Made by a program: the position numbers and the translations under genes. This document shows, in pieces, positions 63,388-64,000 of a stretch of 64,000 nt of DNA. How positions within the stretch are numbered: position 1 is the first letter of the stretch; each line of letters begins with the position of its first letter. The notes under the pieces are model-generated. The model saw nothing but the letters and a program-made list of their open reading frames with translations, did not search any database and was not told the DNA's origin. Source of the stretch: Gammaproteobacteria bacterium (GTDB lineage: Bacteria; Pseudomonadota; Gammaproteobacteria; GCA-002705445; GCA-002716945); contig JABIVC010000013.1 in NCBI GenBank assembly GCA_018667355.1, forward strand, positions 3,296 through 67,295, read 5' to 3'.

Positions 63388-64000
63388 TCACTTCTGCCTG
63401 CTTTCTTTCTTAGATTTTCAAAATGTTTCTGTTTTAATGTAATATTTAAATATCCTGGCACAATATCCTCAATTGACAATTTACCTTTGAGGCCCTCTGT
63501 GCTGCAACTATCGACTTGTAAAGATAAAAAGTTATCTAATGTAAATAATTGTCCTGGCAGCCTCTGAAAAATATTAGCTTGTAACTTAGATAAGCCATAA
63601 TTCAAAGGAATGATAATTCTTTTAATTTTTAATGCACTTAGTGTGATATTTATAAGTTCTCTAAATGTATATTCTTTTGGCCCGGTTACATCAAATAATT
63701 TACCATATGATGAACTATCGCTAATAGAATCTATTATGAAATCTGTTAACTCACTCACATAAATAGGCATAAATTTTGAATTAGGACAAGCAAGAGGGAA
63801 AATAGGAGAAAATTTCAGAATAGTCGAGAATTTATTAAAAAAGGAGTCATGTTCTCCGAATACAATAGATGGTCTAAAAATTGTCGTATTACAATAATAA
63901 TTCATATTATCTCTGATATAATTTTCAGCAAGGCCTTTAGTAACTAAATATTGACTTAGTGCGTTTGGATGTGCATTAAGAGAACTTATATGTAAATAGC
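63384..64000 (-). CDS. NAD-dependent epimerase/dehydratase-family (extended SDR, NDUFA9/NmrA-like) protein; 5' end lies beyond the window
   Basis: The reading frame stays open upstream of the Met at 63905 (…[25 protein letters not shown]…) through the window edge. C-terminal substrate-domain pattern. Confidence 0.4.
   Translation of the reverse strand, partial: YLHISSLNAHPNALSQYLVTKGLAENYIRDNMNYYCNTTIFRPSIVFGEHDSFFNKFSTILKFSPIFPLACPNSKFMPIYVSELTDFIIDSISDSSSYGKLFDVTGPKEYTFRELINITLSALKIKRIIIPLNYGLSKLQANIFQRLPGQLFTLDNFLSLQVDSCSTEGLKGKLSIEDIVPGYLNITLKQKHFENLRKKAGRSE

Overview
The window is a very AT-rich (about 30% GC by eye), gene-dense bacterial chromosome segment. Almost every gene is a recognisable housekeeping gene with gammaproteobacterial, Pseudomonas-like local synteny. 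The clearest blocks are metX-metW, yggS-proC-yggT, pyrB-ruvX-gshB-rsmE, plsY/tsaD/rpsU-yqeY-dnaG, gltB/gltD with aroKB-hemE, bioH-bioC, the aa3 cytochrome oxidase cluster coxBA-ctaG-coxC-surf1-sco-ctaA-ctaB, rpoH, rsmD-coaD/mutM, rpmB-rpmG, folB-folK and uppP/cca. Genes are tightly packed with many 4-40 nt start/stop overlaps. About 24 consecutive genes (17.5-40.5 kb) lie on the minus strand. This fits a streamlined, probably marine, free-living gammaproteobacterium; I cannot name the organism from sequence alone. There is one tRNA (Phe-GAA) and no rRNA, CRISPR array, transposase, integrase or obvious prophage. I found no flagrant novel defence or mobile system. The items I think deserve a second look are listed here. 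(1) An uncharacterised ATP-grasp ligase resembling glutathionylspermidine synthetase (YgiC/YjfC type) sits inside the otherwise conserved rsmE-gshB-ruvX block, in a window that also carries speE/speH. (2) A TPR plus 2OG-Fe(II) oxygenase fusion (AspH/P4H-like architecture) lies directly 3' of tRNA-Phe, followed by hspQ and a TerB-like gene. (3) The only long noncoding gap (about 400 nt, priA and HNH divergent) has a perfect 10-bp DnaA-box palindrome plus two further DnaA-box-like 9-mers. (4) An rpmG gene (51 aa) is missing from the ORF track. (5) The glutamate synthase operon is split and reversed (gltD-hemE-aroK-aroB-gltB), and the dnaG-rpoD linkage is broken. All functional calls are from motif and synteny recognition by eye; no database search was run.
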